Notes under the pieces: generated by a model | Seen by the model: the letters and a program-made list of their open reading frames with translations, nothing else | Databases searched by the model: none | What the model was told of the DNA's origin: nothing | Shown here: positions 9,805 through 18,603 of the stretch, one piece after another | Numbering within the stretch: position 1 is the stretch's first letter | Layout of the letters: every line of letters starts with the position of its first letter | DNA from: a virus | Lineage: Duplodnaviria > Caudoviricetes | Direction: 5' to 3' (one strand) | DNA: 63,417 bases | Virus record (IMG/VR): IMGVR_UViG_3300029893_000006 | Coordinates: 1 to 63,417 of that record | Program-made: the position numbers and the translations under genes

Positions 9805-10113
9805 TTATTCCTCCATCAAACTTCTAACAATGATATTGTTTTCATAACCAATTTTATCTAAAACATCTTCCACCATACGCTTTGCGGCTTCAAGCTTTTG
9901 GCCTTCCAGAGTTGCTTCAAGTATATTGAATATTTTCGCTTTCCCATAATTGTATATACTATCCTGAACAACTCTGGCAATTTCAACTACCTTTTCTTTT
10001 TTAATTATTTTCTCATTAGCATAAGTTACTGGCTCTTCCATTCTTTTCTTCACCTTTCTTTCCTTTGCTCTTGCTTTGCTATGCCCTTGCCGATCAATAA
10101 AACCCCGGCTCAT
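9805..10113 (-). CDS. Hypothetical protein
   Basis: Overlaps the TerL stop; helical. Confidence 0.55.
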   Translation of the reverse strand: MSRGFIDRQGHSKARAKERKVKKRMEEPVTYANEKIIKKEKVVEIARVVQDSIYNYGKAKIFNILEATLEGQKLEAAKRMVEDVLDKIGYENNIIVRSLMEE

Positions 10114-11647
10114 CGCTTACATCCTCGTCCTCATACTCATCCAACCCCTCCTCGCTGTCAAAGTCCCATTCTCTCTGCCCTTCTCCAGGCAGACCGCCAG
10201 GAACCAGCATTTCTGCAAGATCTCTTAGTACCGGCCTGCTCATACAGAAATACCTATCAACATCTTGTGGATGGTGTTCGCTGGAACTGGAAATATCTTC
10301 AGGGTTAGTTTTAGACTGCTCACATGCCGGATAAGTCCTGATTGTGTTCGGGCAGGCATAGGTAAAACGTAAAGAAGGGATATAGTTTCCCTGACTGTCT
10401 TTTATCGGCATAAGCCATTGATGGAGTCTTCTCCAGCCATTAGAGAGGTCATTGTCTGCTTTTCTCATGTATAACCCGTAATTCGCAAATATTTCCGCTG
10501 TGCTTTCACCTGTCCCGCTCTGCTTATTCCAACATGAAGGATCTGCTACAATATCTATAAGGTCCTCCTGTTCTCCGGCAGGGTTTTTGCTTAATCTTAA
10601 AATCTCTTTTGCTTGCTCTGGGTCGGTAACATGTTGCGGATAATATTCTCTATAGCAAACTGCCCTTCCATCTGGGAATACAGCATACCATTTAAAACAA
10701 GCCCTGGAACCAAAACCGGCATCGTAAGCACCATAAAGCTGGCAATATTTTGGTGGATACCAACCGGGTACGGGTATAATATGCAATTCTGGATTCCATT
10801 CTGGGAAAAAAGCACCTTTTCCAACCGTAAAAGCTTCTTCGGCAGTCTCTGGATACTCTGCTTTGTAAGTATTTGGCAGGTCTTTTTTTGTCTGCTCTCT
10901 CCATTCCAGAGTTCGCCTTGGATCTGCGTTCCACGGTAAAAAAATAGGATAAAACCCATTTTCTTGTCTTACTGCACCATTCCATATTTTTTCAAACAGC
11001 GTCCCGATTCTTCCGGTAGAAAGACCAATCACCTGACCACCTGTCGGACGGTTTACCGTAGGATATGCAGCAGTCCATATCTCTTCCGCCCACTGCTGGA
11101 AGGCCCACTCGTCAAGAAGCACTAAAGAGGCAGTAAAGCTCCGGCCTGCATTTGGACTGCTAGTAAATGAAGTAAAAGTTGACGGTTCCCCAGCAGGATG
11201 AATAAGTTCCAAAGAGGTAGTAAAAGGTACATAAACCGGCAAATAAGGATGTTCTTTCTTTCCTTCAACACATAACCAATCCGGCAAATGACGAAAGATA
11301 AAGCCAAGCCTGCGAGAAAGCTCTTCCGCTTCGTTCTCTGTCCTTGAAAGAGCTGATACAGAAAAGCCTGGATTAAAAAGCATCTTCCAGGCTATGTACG
11401 CGAGTGCAAGCCACGTCAACCCAAGCTGCCTGGCTTTGAGAACAATGATAAGACGAAGATTTAAAAATATATCTAAGACAAATTTTTGGTCCGGCCACAT
11501 TTTAAATGGTATAACCACGCCCGGCATGTCTTTATCTTCAATTTTCACAGCCTGCGAAATAAAATCGTGGCAACTTCTTTTATACAATTCTTTAGCCGCA
11601 AGACGGCGTATGGCTTCCTGTTTTGTTGTGGCTATTGTATTAATCAC
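10094..11647 (-). CDS. terL: Terminase large subunit
   Basis: LKARQLGLT Walker A, LLDEWAF Walker B, LST coupling motif, RNase H-like YDAG...ADPS...HPQDVDRY. Confidence 0.95.
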   Translation of the reverse strand: MINTIATTKQEAIRRLAAKELYKRSCHDFISQAVKIEDKDMPGVVIPFKMWPDQKFVLDIFLNLRLIIVLKARQLGLTWLALAYIAWKMLFNPGFSVSALSRTENEAEELSRRLGFIFRHLPDWLCVEGKKEHPYLPVYVPFTTSLELIHPAGEPSTFTSFTSSPNAGRSFTASLVLLDEWAFQQWAEEIWTAAYPTVNRPTGGQVIGLSTGRIGTLFEKIWNGAVRQENGFYPIFLPWNADPRRTLEWREQTKKDLPNTYKAEYPETAEEAFTVGKGAFFPEWNPELHIIPVPGWYPPKYCQLYGAYDAGFGSRACFKWYAVFPDGRAVCYREYYPQHVTDPEQAKEILRLSKNPAGEQEDLIDIVADPSCWNKQSGTGESTAEIFANYGLYMRKADNDLSNGWRRLHQWLMPIKDSQGNYIPSLRFTYACPNTIRTYPACEQSKTNPEDISSSSEHHPQDVDRYFCMSRPVLRDLAEMLVPGGLPGEGQREWDFDSEEGLDEYEDEDVSDEPGFY

Positions 11648-11852
11648 CCGTTAACCACCTGTTTTAGGATTATCACCTGTTTTAGGATTAAAACGGCACA
11701 ACAGTTTTCATTTTTCCCCATTTTCCCCGCGCTTTTAAAACCATTTTGAAAGACCCTCTCAATCTCGTAAAAATCACAATTCGTCCTTTTGGGACGTTTT
11801 AAAACGTCCTTCCGGGACGACAAATAATACTAATAATAAATAGGTGCAGCGT

Positions 11853-12449
11853 TTAATCTTCTTCACTTGCCGCCAACCGCCTCAATTCATCTAATGTAAG
11901 CCCGGAAAGATCAATCTCAATCGGTCCACCACCGGGACCAGAAATTTCTTGTTTTTCTACAAACATTCCTAGATGCTTCGCTATGTTCTCCAGCGCCTTC
12001 ATTCGGTCGTGGAGCTTGAATTTGAAAACGCCTTTCTCACTAATCGAAACTTCCTGCACCAGCGTTCCGTCTACATGCTCCGAATCCTTCAATTCAATTA
12101 CTGGCCGAAAATCAAAAACCGGCTGGCCGTCTTCTGTGTATCCGACTACGCCCAACTGTGTCCTCCATGAAAGAAAGTCTTTTATATCCAACCCGGCAAT
12201 TTTCATCCATTCTTCTACGACTTTCTCCGGGGTGATGGTGTTTTTGGCAAGAATCTGCCGGCGATTCTGAATCGCTTCCTGAATCTTAACATCTCTTAGC
12301 AACCTGACTGCTGAGGCTGCTGCTGCATTATCCGTTTTCGTAGCAGGATAAGCGGCCTTATAAGCCCTGGTAGCATTCAAGTCCACGAGATATTCTTCCA
12401 CGAATTTCTCCTGCTTCGCTGTCAATTTCTTCTTCTTTCCTGCCATCAC
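11853..12449 (-). CDS. terS: Terminase small subunit
   Basis: LTAKQEKFVEEYLVDLNATRAYKAAY...KLHDRMKALENIAKHLGMF. Confidence 0.95.
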   Translation of the reverse strand: MMAGKKKKLTAKQEKFVEEYLVDLNATRAYKAAYPATKTDNAAAASAVRLLRDVKIQEAIQNRRQILAKNTITPEKVVEEWMKIAGLDIKDFLSWRTQLGVVGYTEDGQPVFDFRPVIELKDSEHVDGTLVQEVSISEKGVFKFKLHDRMKALENIAKHLGMFVEKQEISGPGGGPIEIDLSGLTLDELRRLAASEED

Positions 12450-12575
12450 ACTTCACCGCCTTCAAAAAGTTACCTAAAGCCACTAAAACAGTAGAAATTT
12501 TAAGTATTGTTTATCTAAAGTAAACTTTAAGGGCATAAAAACCCTTCTATCGTTATTTTTAGCCTCGTTTACTTT

Positions 12576-12623
12576 TTGCCACATATAGCTGGCTGGCTGT
12601 ATAATTAAAGTGACTATAAGTAA
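12576..12623 (+). promoter_or_regulatory. Sigma-A promoter of the plus-strand accessory operon, with an operator-like site
   Basis: TTGCCA (12576)-18 bp-TATAAT (12600); gtgactataagtaa at 12610-12623; AAGGAGG RBS downstream. Confidence 0.65.
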
Positions 12624-12659
12624 ACTACATTAATAAATAAAAGGAGGCCCCGGAAGAAA

Positions 12660-12971
12660 ATGAACCTAAAAGAAAAGCTTCAAAAAGCCAATCCCGGACT
12701 GAAAGTTTATCCCTTCCCAGGCTACGGGATGGCCTTCACCTATGACAGCTTATTCGAGAATGACTATGTAGTTCGGATTTACGTCGCTCGCGAAGCACAA
12801 GTTCTTTTTCGTGACGCTTATTCCAGGCCGCCTTGGTGGGCAAAAGATGTTCCAGCTATCGCCCGCACCAGGGACGGCAACTTCTGGTTCTATCATGAAC
12901 CAGACAATCTCCCACCGATGTGGTTTTGGAACGGAACCGCAAACAACAAAATTAAAGCCTGCCAAGGCTGA
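12660..12971 (+). CDS. Hypothetical accessory protein
   Basis: Strong RBS directly after the promoter. Confidence 0.65.
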   Translation: MNLKEKLQKANPGLKVYPFPGYGMAFTYDSLFENDYVVRIYVAREAQVLFRDAYSRPPWWAKDVPAIARTRDGNFWFYHEPDNLPPMWFWNGTANNKIKACQG

Positions 12972-12989
12972 TTGAAAGGAGTGTTGTTG

Positions 12990-13208
12990 ATGTATCGCAT
13001 CCCCCGTTACAAAGTTACCCTGGTTCGTGATTCCTCGGTTCCCTCTGAAATTAAAAACGTTTCTACTCCTGCGGAAGCGGCTCCCCTGCTTCGCGCTTAC
13101 CTCGAAGGCATTGACCGGGAGCATTTTGTTGTTCTGCTCCTGGACATAAAAAACAAGATCAAGTGTCGTGCTGCCAGGGATAAATGGTTAGCCAAAAAAG
13201 GAGGTTGA
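12990..13208 (+). pseudogene. Truncated RadC/JAB-domain protein
   Basis: YKVTLVRD...STPAEAAPLL...DREHFVVLLLDIKNKI is the JAB N-terminal half; the HNHPSG catalytic motif is absent. Confidence 0.75.
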
Positions 13209-13212
13209 TATC

Positions 13213-13317
13213 ATGCTCCGCTTATTCCCCGGCCTTATCTCTCTTGTAGTAGCTATCATTATCATCCTGGGCTGCTACATCGTAAACGAAACGCTGAAGG
13301 AGGTACTAATCCGATGA
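13213..13317 (+). CDS. 34-aa single-pass membrane peptide
   Basis: GGAGG RBS; MLRLFPGLISLVVAIIIILGCYIVNETLKEVLIR; ATGA overlap with the next gene. Confidence 0.5.
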   Translation: MLRLFPGLISLVVAIIIILGCYIVNETLKEVLIR

Positions 13318-13700
13318 AAATTATTAGGAAAACCAAAATTGTTGAATGCAAGGACATTTCATTATACTTCGAATTTAAAAATATGCCAGGAGCCGGTTTT
13401 GCCTTCCCTTGCGATGAGCAAGGTAATGTTGACACCAAAAACCTTCCACCAGAAGCACTTGGCAATTACAAAAAATGCTTATCTGGTGAGCATGATGTAA
13501 TTTGCAAAGGTGTTCGTATACTCCGTTGGAATGTTCGTGAACCCGCCGTTGGCCTTTGCGAATGCGGAAAAGAAGTCGAACTTTCCCATTTCACGAATAC
13601 CTGCGAATGCGGAGCTGACTACAACTTTGCAGGCCAGCGTCTTGCTCCCCGGGAACAATGGGGAGAGGAAACAGGGGAGCATTGGACTGAGTGCTACTAA
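13314..13700 (+). CDS. Conserved Zn-binding phage protein
   Basis: GAGFAFPCDEQGNV...CECG...NTCECGADYN..GQRLAPREQWGEETGE. Confidence 0.75.
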   Translation: MKIIRKTKIVECKDISLYFEFKNMPGAGFAFPCDEQGNVDTKNLPPEALGNYKKCLSGEHDVICKGVRILRWNVREPAVGLCECGKEVELSHFTNTCECGADYNFAGQRLAPREQWGEETGEHWTECY

Positions 13701-13791
13701 AAAGGGCAAGGGACTGTCCCGTGAAAGCCGGGACCAGGGGGAAATTCTTTCCCCTGCTCCGCTCAACCTACGATGAAAGGAGGTCTGACCC

Positions 13792-13977
13792 GTGAACTTT
13801 GAAAACGTCAAAGGCGAACTCAAGGGCAATATTCTACACTTGGAAATCGACGTTACAAAGCGTCTCGGACCCAGTGCAAGCGGCAAAACAACTATCGTTG
13901 CCACTACAAGCGGCAATCAGCCAATCCCAGGAACTGACGTTATACTCGGTCTTAACTGCTATACTAAGCGCCGCTAA
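13792..13977 (+). CDS. Small conserved protein
   Basis: AAGGAGG RBS; IDVTKRLGPSASGKTTIVATTSGN...LGLNCY. Confidence 0.75.
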   Translation: MNFENVKGELKGNILHLEIDVTKRLGPSASGKTTIVATTSGNQPIPGTDVILGLNCYTKRR

Positions 13978-14140
13978 CTCCTGCCAGGGGGAGCCTTGCC
14001 AAAGGGCTCCCCCAAGCAAGATATTTGAAAGGAGGTTTATGGGAAAATGGCTTACCAAGCCAAATACGAAAATGGCGGCTGGAACTTATACAAGAATGGT
14101 AAGCTCGTAGGCCGCCATAAAGACGAAAGAAAGGAGGCTA

Positions 14141-14302
14141 ATGCTGTTGAGAGAGATAGTCGAACTGTATCTGAAAGTCCCGCCAGACGTGAAACGCTGG
14201 CTACACGAATATGCCCAGCGTGAGGGTATGACAATGACTAATGTTGTCTTAGCAGCTCTCCATGAATATCGGGAGCGACATGATGTGGAAGAAGGAATTT
14301 AG
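14141..14302 (+). CDS. Ribbon-helix-helix DNA-binding protein (53 aa)
   Basis: AAGGAGG RBS; VELYLKVPPDVKRWLHEYAQREGMTMTNVVLAALHEY; not in the ORF track. Confidence 0.7.
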   Translation: MLLREIVELYLKVPPDVKRWLHEYAQREGMTMTNVVLAALHEYRERHDVEEGI

Positions 14303-14353
14303 CCCCTGCATGAAGAATATAATATGTTTACCAAAAAGAAAGGAAGTGCCAAA

Positions 14354-14662
14354 ATGTTTGATAACTTACAAGAGCTTACCGGCCAAGAATCAGGTATCGT
14401 GATCTATGACGGCAAAGAGGGTATCCTGTGTAACTGGAGTAGCATCAACGGCTATCCCCGCATATTTGCAACCGGCCTTGTCGGGATGGGGGAGGAAATC
14501 CCCGAAGTTAAGGGCGAATATTACGATGATCTGTCGGGATTGCTTGATAGAGTTAATATCACTATAGTCGCCCAATATGACGACGACAAACTGCCAAAGA
14601 ACGGTACTGTCTACCGGATTAGCGATGACGTTATTGTAATCGCGCCGGATGACTGGGCGTAA
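14354..14662 (+). CDS. Acidic hypothetical protein
   Basis: RBS AAGGAAG; followed by a bidirectional terminator. Confidence 0.65.
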   Translation: MFDNLQELTGQESGIVIYDGKEGILCNWSSINGYPRIFATGLVGMGEEIPEVKGEYYDDLSGLLDRVNITIVAQYDDDKLPKNGTVYRISDDVIVIAPDDWA

Positions 14663-14690
14663 AATAAGATATGAGCGGAACTAAGAGGGT

Positions 14691-14718
14691 AAAAGCCGGG
14701 GACTAACCCCCGGCTTTT
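14691..14718. terminator. Bidirectional intrinsic terminator
   Basis: aaaagccgggg-actaac-ccccggcttttt between convergent genes. Confidence 0.75.
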
Positions 14719-15173
14719 TCTTTTATGCGCTCCATCAACCAATCTGCACCAGGGCCCCTTAATGCAAGCGTCCTCTCCACTGCCGCCCAAACTGCCTCAG
14801 CCCTTCTCAGTTCGTCCGGTGTCGTATGGCCTTTTACAGCCTTTTTCATTTCCCTGGTTGACAAATGACGATCTGCCGCCTGCGCTATCCAGTAATGCGG
14901 ATCATTAGTCCTTGCGGCAATAGAATGGTGGCAGAATGAAAGCTCAGATATCCTAATTTCCGGGCCCGGAAAAGCAGAATACGTTTTCCGCAGGTCTGAT
15001 ATATACCTCTCAGAATAGCCAACGTCAGCTGCAAACTTCCTGGCTTTGCACCCCATGACGTTGCAAGCGTAATAAGCCAGTTCTGCTTGCGCCCAGGCCG
15101 TGGCGTCACCGGCCATGCGGTATTCTATAAATTCCTGTAGAACTTCATCATAACTTCGGAAATCGCTTTCCAT
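14703..15173 (-). CDS. LmbU-like HTH protein
   Basis: AWAQAE...FAADVGYSERYISDLRKTYSAFP...RISELSFCHH...W...LSTREM. Confidence 0.6.
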   Translation of the reverse strand: MESDFRSYDEVLQEFIEYRMAGDATAWAQAELAYYACNVMGCKARKFAADVGYSERYISDLRKTYSAFPGPEIRISELSFCHHSIAARTNDPHYWIAQAADRHLSTREMKKAVKGHTTPDELRRAEAVWAAVERTLALRGPGADWLMERIKEKAGG

Positions 15174-15392
15174 ATCCTCACCTGCCCCAAAAGAGTGAGG
15201 CCGCCCACCTTGGACGGCCTCTTGTTATGTATTCTTAACCGTATCTTTTTTCCCTGCGGGAGGAACTATGTGCACCTAGCCCCTCCCTTTTACGGTTTTC
15301 GTTATTTGCTTGTCCAGACAAGCTTACCGGTATCATAATATATCGTAATCCTAAACCATTTGTTGCAAACTGTTGCATTGTAAAAAAAATTT

Positions 15393-15905
15393 TCATTCAC
15401 CAACAAATAACTTTCTTTCCTCGGCCATACATAAGGCCAGGTCCTCTATTTCCTGCCACCAGCGCCAAAAGGTGGTCCGGTCTGCAATATAACATTCTTC
15501 TTCCGGTAATCCGGTCTTTTTGGCGATTGTGCTTGCATACTTGATATGAATTTTGTCAGTCCAACCTGTGCCATGGAACCTGTACGCCCTTCTCAGCGAC
15601 AGTATAAGTAACTGCTTGTCGGTTAATTTTCTCTCAACGTCCTCTACCAGCTCCAGCCATTTTTCCGTTTTCTGCAACATAGCCAGATCCCTTCCCATTT
15701 GCCCTGTGGGATCGCTAATTTTGGAAGAAGGCATCTTGGATAGTTTCAATATGCTGCCTGGGTAAAGCTTGGAGAGTATCTCTGATTTTTTGGCTTCGTA
15801 TTTTTCCAGCCTGTCGTGATAATGCAAAAGCCAACCCTTAACCTCTTTTTTTCTTTTCTGCTGCTCATCTAACTGTTCTTCCTGCATCTGCTTTTCTTCC
15901 ATCAA
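15393..15905 (-). CDS. Late transcription activator (RinA/ArpU-like)
   Basis: SKISDPTGQMG...WLELVEDVERKL...C-terminal HTH; at the early/late boundary. Confidence 0.75.
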   Translation of the reverse strand: MMEEKQMQEEQLDEQQKRKKEVKGWLLHYHDRLEKYEAKKSEILSKLYPGSILKLSKMPSSKISDPTGQMGRDLAMLQKTEKWLELVEDVERKLTDKQLLILSLRRAYRFHGTGWTDKIHIKYASTIAKKTGLPEEECYIADRTTFWRWWQEIEDLALCMAEERKLFVGE

Positions 15906-16132
15906 CTTCCCTCCCCCGGCAATGTTCCCGCTATGCCCGGCAGGGGCCTCTGCTTCATTATCTTTTCCAGTTCCCTCTGCTCCCTGGTAAGTTCATCCCT
16001 GGGGACTAAGACAACCGTGATCTGCGGTTCTGGAATCTTTACCCTGGGAATACGGTATATCTTGATTATGCGCTCATATATGTCAGGCTGGTTAAACATT
16101 ACATAATGAGCGATTGTGAAGGATTGGATCAT
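15902..16132 (-). CDS. Hypothetical protein
   Basis: Translationally coupled. Confidence 0.5.
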   Translation of the reverse strand: MIQSFTIAHYVMFNQPDIYERIIKIYRIPRVKIPEPQITVVLVPRDELTREQRELEKIMKQRPLPGIAGTLPGEGS

Positions 16133-16386
16133 GGCATCACCTTCTTTTGCCCTACTGGTATAACTGTCTTAGCCGCCCACCATCCATAAAAATTTTTCGT
16201 TAGCACTATCTGATACCCGTTAAAATACGTATAGTATAAATTTGAGCCAACTCTTTCATAACCGTCCCATAAAGCTTTCCTGACACATTTTCTAACTGTC
16301 TCCCTGCTCGGTTTTTTAGGATTAACCCTTTCCAACCACCTTTTATAAAAATGTCTGGTGATAATTATTTTCTCTTTTGGGTTCAT
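16129..16386 (-). CDS. Hypothetical protein (ITRHFYKRWLER motif)
   Basis: Coupled ORF with RBS. Confidence 0.55.
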   Translation of the reverse strand: MNPKEKIIITRHFYKRWLERVNPKKPSRETVRKCVRKALWDGYERVGSNLYYTYFNGYQIVLTKNFYGWWAAKTVIPVGQKKVMP

Positions 16387-16413
16387 CAGTTCCCCGCCTT
16401 CCGCTTTTAGATT

Positions 16414-16851
16414 TCAAAGTAATTCAACTTCAATTTCTACCCTGGGCGGATCTCCATAATCTTTAGTAACGTTCTGCCTGATAACCCTGGAATCATCGGT
16501 ATAAATTATCCCTTTCAGCGCATCACCTAACGACCTGGTAAGTTTGTCCAGGTCCGGCTTAACTGTGTGATAAGGTCTCTTAGTTGCACTGGCTGACTTG
16601 GGCCTGAAAAAATAGAACTTAGCACTGAGTATAACTGCTCCATCATGTATCCCCCATTCCGGCCGGTGCTCTTGTGCTGCTGAAGCTATAAGCTCCTGCC
16701 AGGGTTTAGTTTTAGTATTGTCGCTTGTTGTAGCAGCTCGATATTTCCCCTGGTTTCTATCGTAATAAGTAAACGCCTTGGTGCTGCCCTTCGGCTGGGC
16801 AATTCCATAAACGGTGAACTTAATGGTTTTGTTTAGTGTCGAGTGGATCAA
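16414..16851 (-). CDS. rusA: Holliday junction resolvase RusA
   Basis: GIAQPKGS...KPDLDKL...DALKGIIYTDDSRV. Confidence 0.9.
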   Translation of the reverse strand: MIHSTLNKTIKFTVYGIAQPKGSTKAFTYYDRNQGKYRAATTSDNTKTKPWQELIASAAQEHRPEWGIHDGAVILSAKFYFFRPKSASATKRPYHTVKPDLDKLTRSLGDALKGIIYTDDSRVIRQNVTKDYGDPPRVEIEVELL

Positions 16852-17200
16852 CTTCCTTCTCTCTCCTTCTCCAGCAAGTATTTCCTTCTCTCCAAAAATA
16901 ACCAGGTTCAGTAAAGATGTTACACCAATTCTTTTTTAAATTAGCATGGATACAGCCCTCGCATTGCCTGACAAGTTTCGAACCGTATCTTTTTTCCCTT
17001 TTGTAGTTGCTAGGCAAATCCCGTGCCATGCGCCACTGCTGTATTATTCTCGGGACATATCCCAGTTCTTTGGCTATTTCCGAATCAGTCAATCCCTTAT
17101 CGTAAAGCTCTTTTCTTCTAGCCTCCTCTTCAGGAGGCAGGCGGTAATTTTGTTTTACTCTTATGCTCACCTGGATATCACTCCCCTTTATAATTTTCAC
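16820..17200 (-). CDS. HTH-containing hypothetical protein
   Basis: ELYDKGLTDSEIAKELG...IQQWR; Cys-rich C-terminus. Confidence 0.6.
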   Translation of the reverse strand: MKIIKGSDIQVSIRVKQNYRLPPEEEARRKELYDKGLTDSEIAKELGYVPRIIQQWRMARDLPSNYKREKRYGSKLVRQCEGCIHANLKKNWCNIFTEPGYFWREGNTCWRRREKEVDPLDTKQNH

Positions 17201-17310
17201 GGAGAGCTAAAAATTTTGACCGTGGAGAAACTTTACTGCTCCTTCTGGTAGGTTTATATTAAGTAACCCTACAGGGCCAAAATATTAGCTCCTGTTTAGA
17301 AAATTTAAAC

Positions 17311-17856
17311 TTATTCTTTCCCCGGTTGTTTTTGGTAAACTACCTTTAACTGCTGCCTGCCCAGCCTCATTGCTTCCCGGTGTGCTTCTGGACCTTCCCC
17401 AACATAATAGTCAATACGGTTGCCCTTGATAGCTGGCCCTATATCCTCGGCCCTGCGCCAACCAAAACCCTCAATCCATACCCAGGAATGAAAGGGTATT
17501 ACTTCCGGATCTACAGCTATAGTCCGGCCTGGTGTTGCCTCGTATCCCAAGTATGTGATCCCATCGTTCCAGGGATAGCCGCACTTCCTGGTATAAAAAG
17601 TTAACTCAAAAATTCCCATTTCCCAATCGTCCAGCCATTCCTCAATTCTTTTGCGGAGTTCTGCCTGCTTTTTCCTTAACTCCTCAAGCTTGTCCCGCAG
17701 GAAATCGTTTTCCGCTTCCAGGAGAAGTTTTTCAATCTGAAGCCGTTCCATCTCCCGGCGTAACTCTGCATTGGCTGCAATTACAGCACCAGTAATAACC
17801 AACATAGTGATTAACAGGGCCAAAGACCAGCAAGTAAACAGCTTATTATTTTTCAA
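17311..17856 (-). CDS. 3D-domain (MltA-like) cell-wall protein with N-terminal TM/signal and coiled coil
   Basis: TIAVDPEVIP...AEDIGPAIKGNRIDYY. Confidence 0.9.
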   Translation of the reverse strand: MKNNKLFTCWSLALLITMLVITGAVIAANAELRREMERLQIEKLLLEAENDFLRDKLEELRKKQAELRKRIEEWLDDWEMGIFELTFYTRKCGYPWNDGITYLGYEATPGRTIAVDPEVIPFHSWVWIEGFGWRRAEDIGPAIKGNRIDYYVGEGPEAHREAMRLGRQQLKVVYQKQPGKE

Positions 17857-18110
17857 GTCTCTCTCCCCTTTCTTATGCTCTTCGCCACCACAAATCTATC
17901 CTGGCACTCTAAGCACTCATACACATAAACCACATGCCGCCAGCTACGCTCTTTTTCCTCAACTTTTTCGGTAAGCATACTGCCGCAGTTAGGACACTGC
18001 TCAACCATACGTCCGTTCCTCCTTTCCAGGCTGTCTGCAACGGCTCCGGCCCAAAGGCCGCCGAAGAAGCCAGCTAATATCCCAATAAACATGAACATCC
18101 AACCAGACAC
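17853..18110 (-). CDS. TM plus Zn-ribbon protein
   Basis: Hydrophobic N-terminus; CPNC...CLEC. Confidence 0.6.
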   Translation of the reverse strand: MSGWMFMFIGILAGFFGGLWAGAVADSLERRNGRMVEQCPNCGSMLTEKVEEKERSWRHVVYVYECLECQDRFVVAKSIRKGRET

Positions 18111-18124
18111 CTTTTACACTCCTT

Positions 18125-18601
18125 TTATGTTTCTTTGTTTACTTTAAGTAACCTGCTGGGGTTAAAAAAAATTACTATCATGCTGGGGAAGGGTGCACTG
18201 TTGCTTGCACCACTGAATTTCAACCGGCCTTTAAGAAACCTAACTTTAACATTTTGTCTTGGCTGGTGCTTATCTTCATCCCAAATAAAACTGTGAAACC
18301 ATCGCGTATCTGTCCTTGCCGGTAGTAAGCAAACTACCATTGCATCTTTTAACGATTCCTCATAAGCTTTTTGAACCCATTTGCCAATTTCGCGACCATA
18401 AGGAGGATTCATCCAGCATACCCCGCGCCAATCCTGTTTAAGTCCATCTGTTTTTTTGTCATAATACTTTTGGCATTTTCTGTTTTCTGCAGTTGCACAA
18501 ACATCGAGGACAAACCCAAATTCCTCGTTTAGTTCATCAAATAACCATTGTGGCGTTTCCCACTCGTCTGTATTTGAGGTAAATAAGCTTATATCAACCA
18601 T
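18125..18601 (-). CDS. Phage DNA N6-adenine methyltransferase (lambdoid Dam type)
   Basis: DEWETPQWLF...LDVCA...WMNPPYG...LPARTDTRWF...APFPS. Confidence 0.92.
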   Translation of the reverse strand: MVDISLFTSNTDEWETPQWLFDELNEEFGFVLDVCATAENRKCQKYYDKKTDGLKQDWRGVCWMNPPYGREIGKWVQKAYEESLKDAMVVCLLPARTDTRWFHSFIWDEDKHQPRQNVKVRFLKGRLKFSGASNSAPFPSMIVIFFNPSRLLKVNKET

Positions 18602-18603
18602 CC

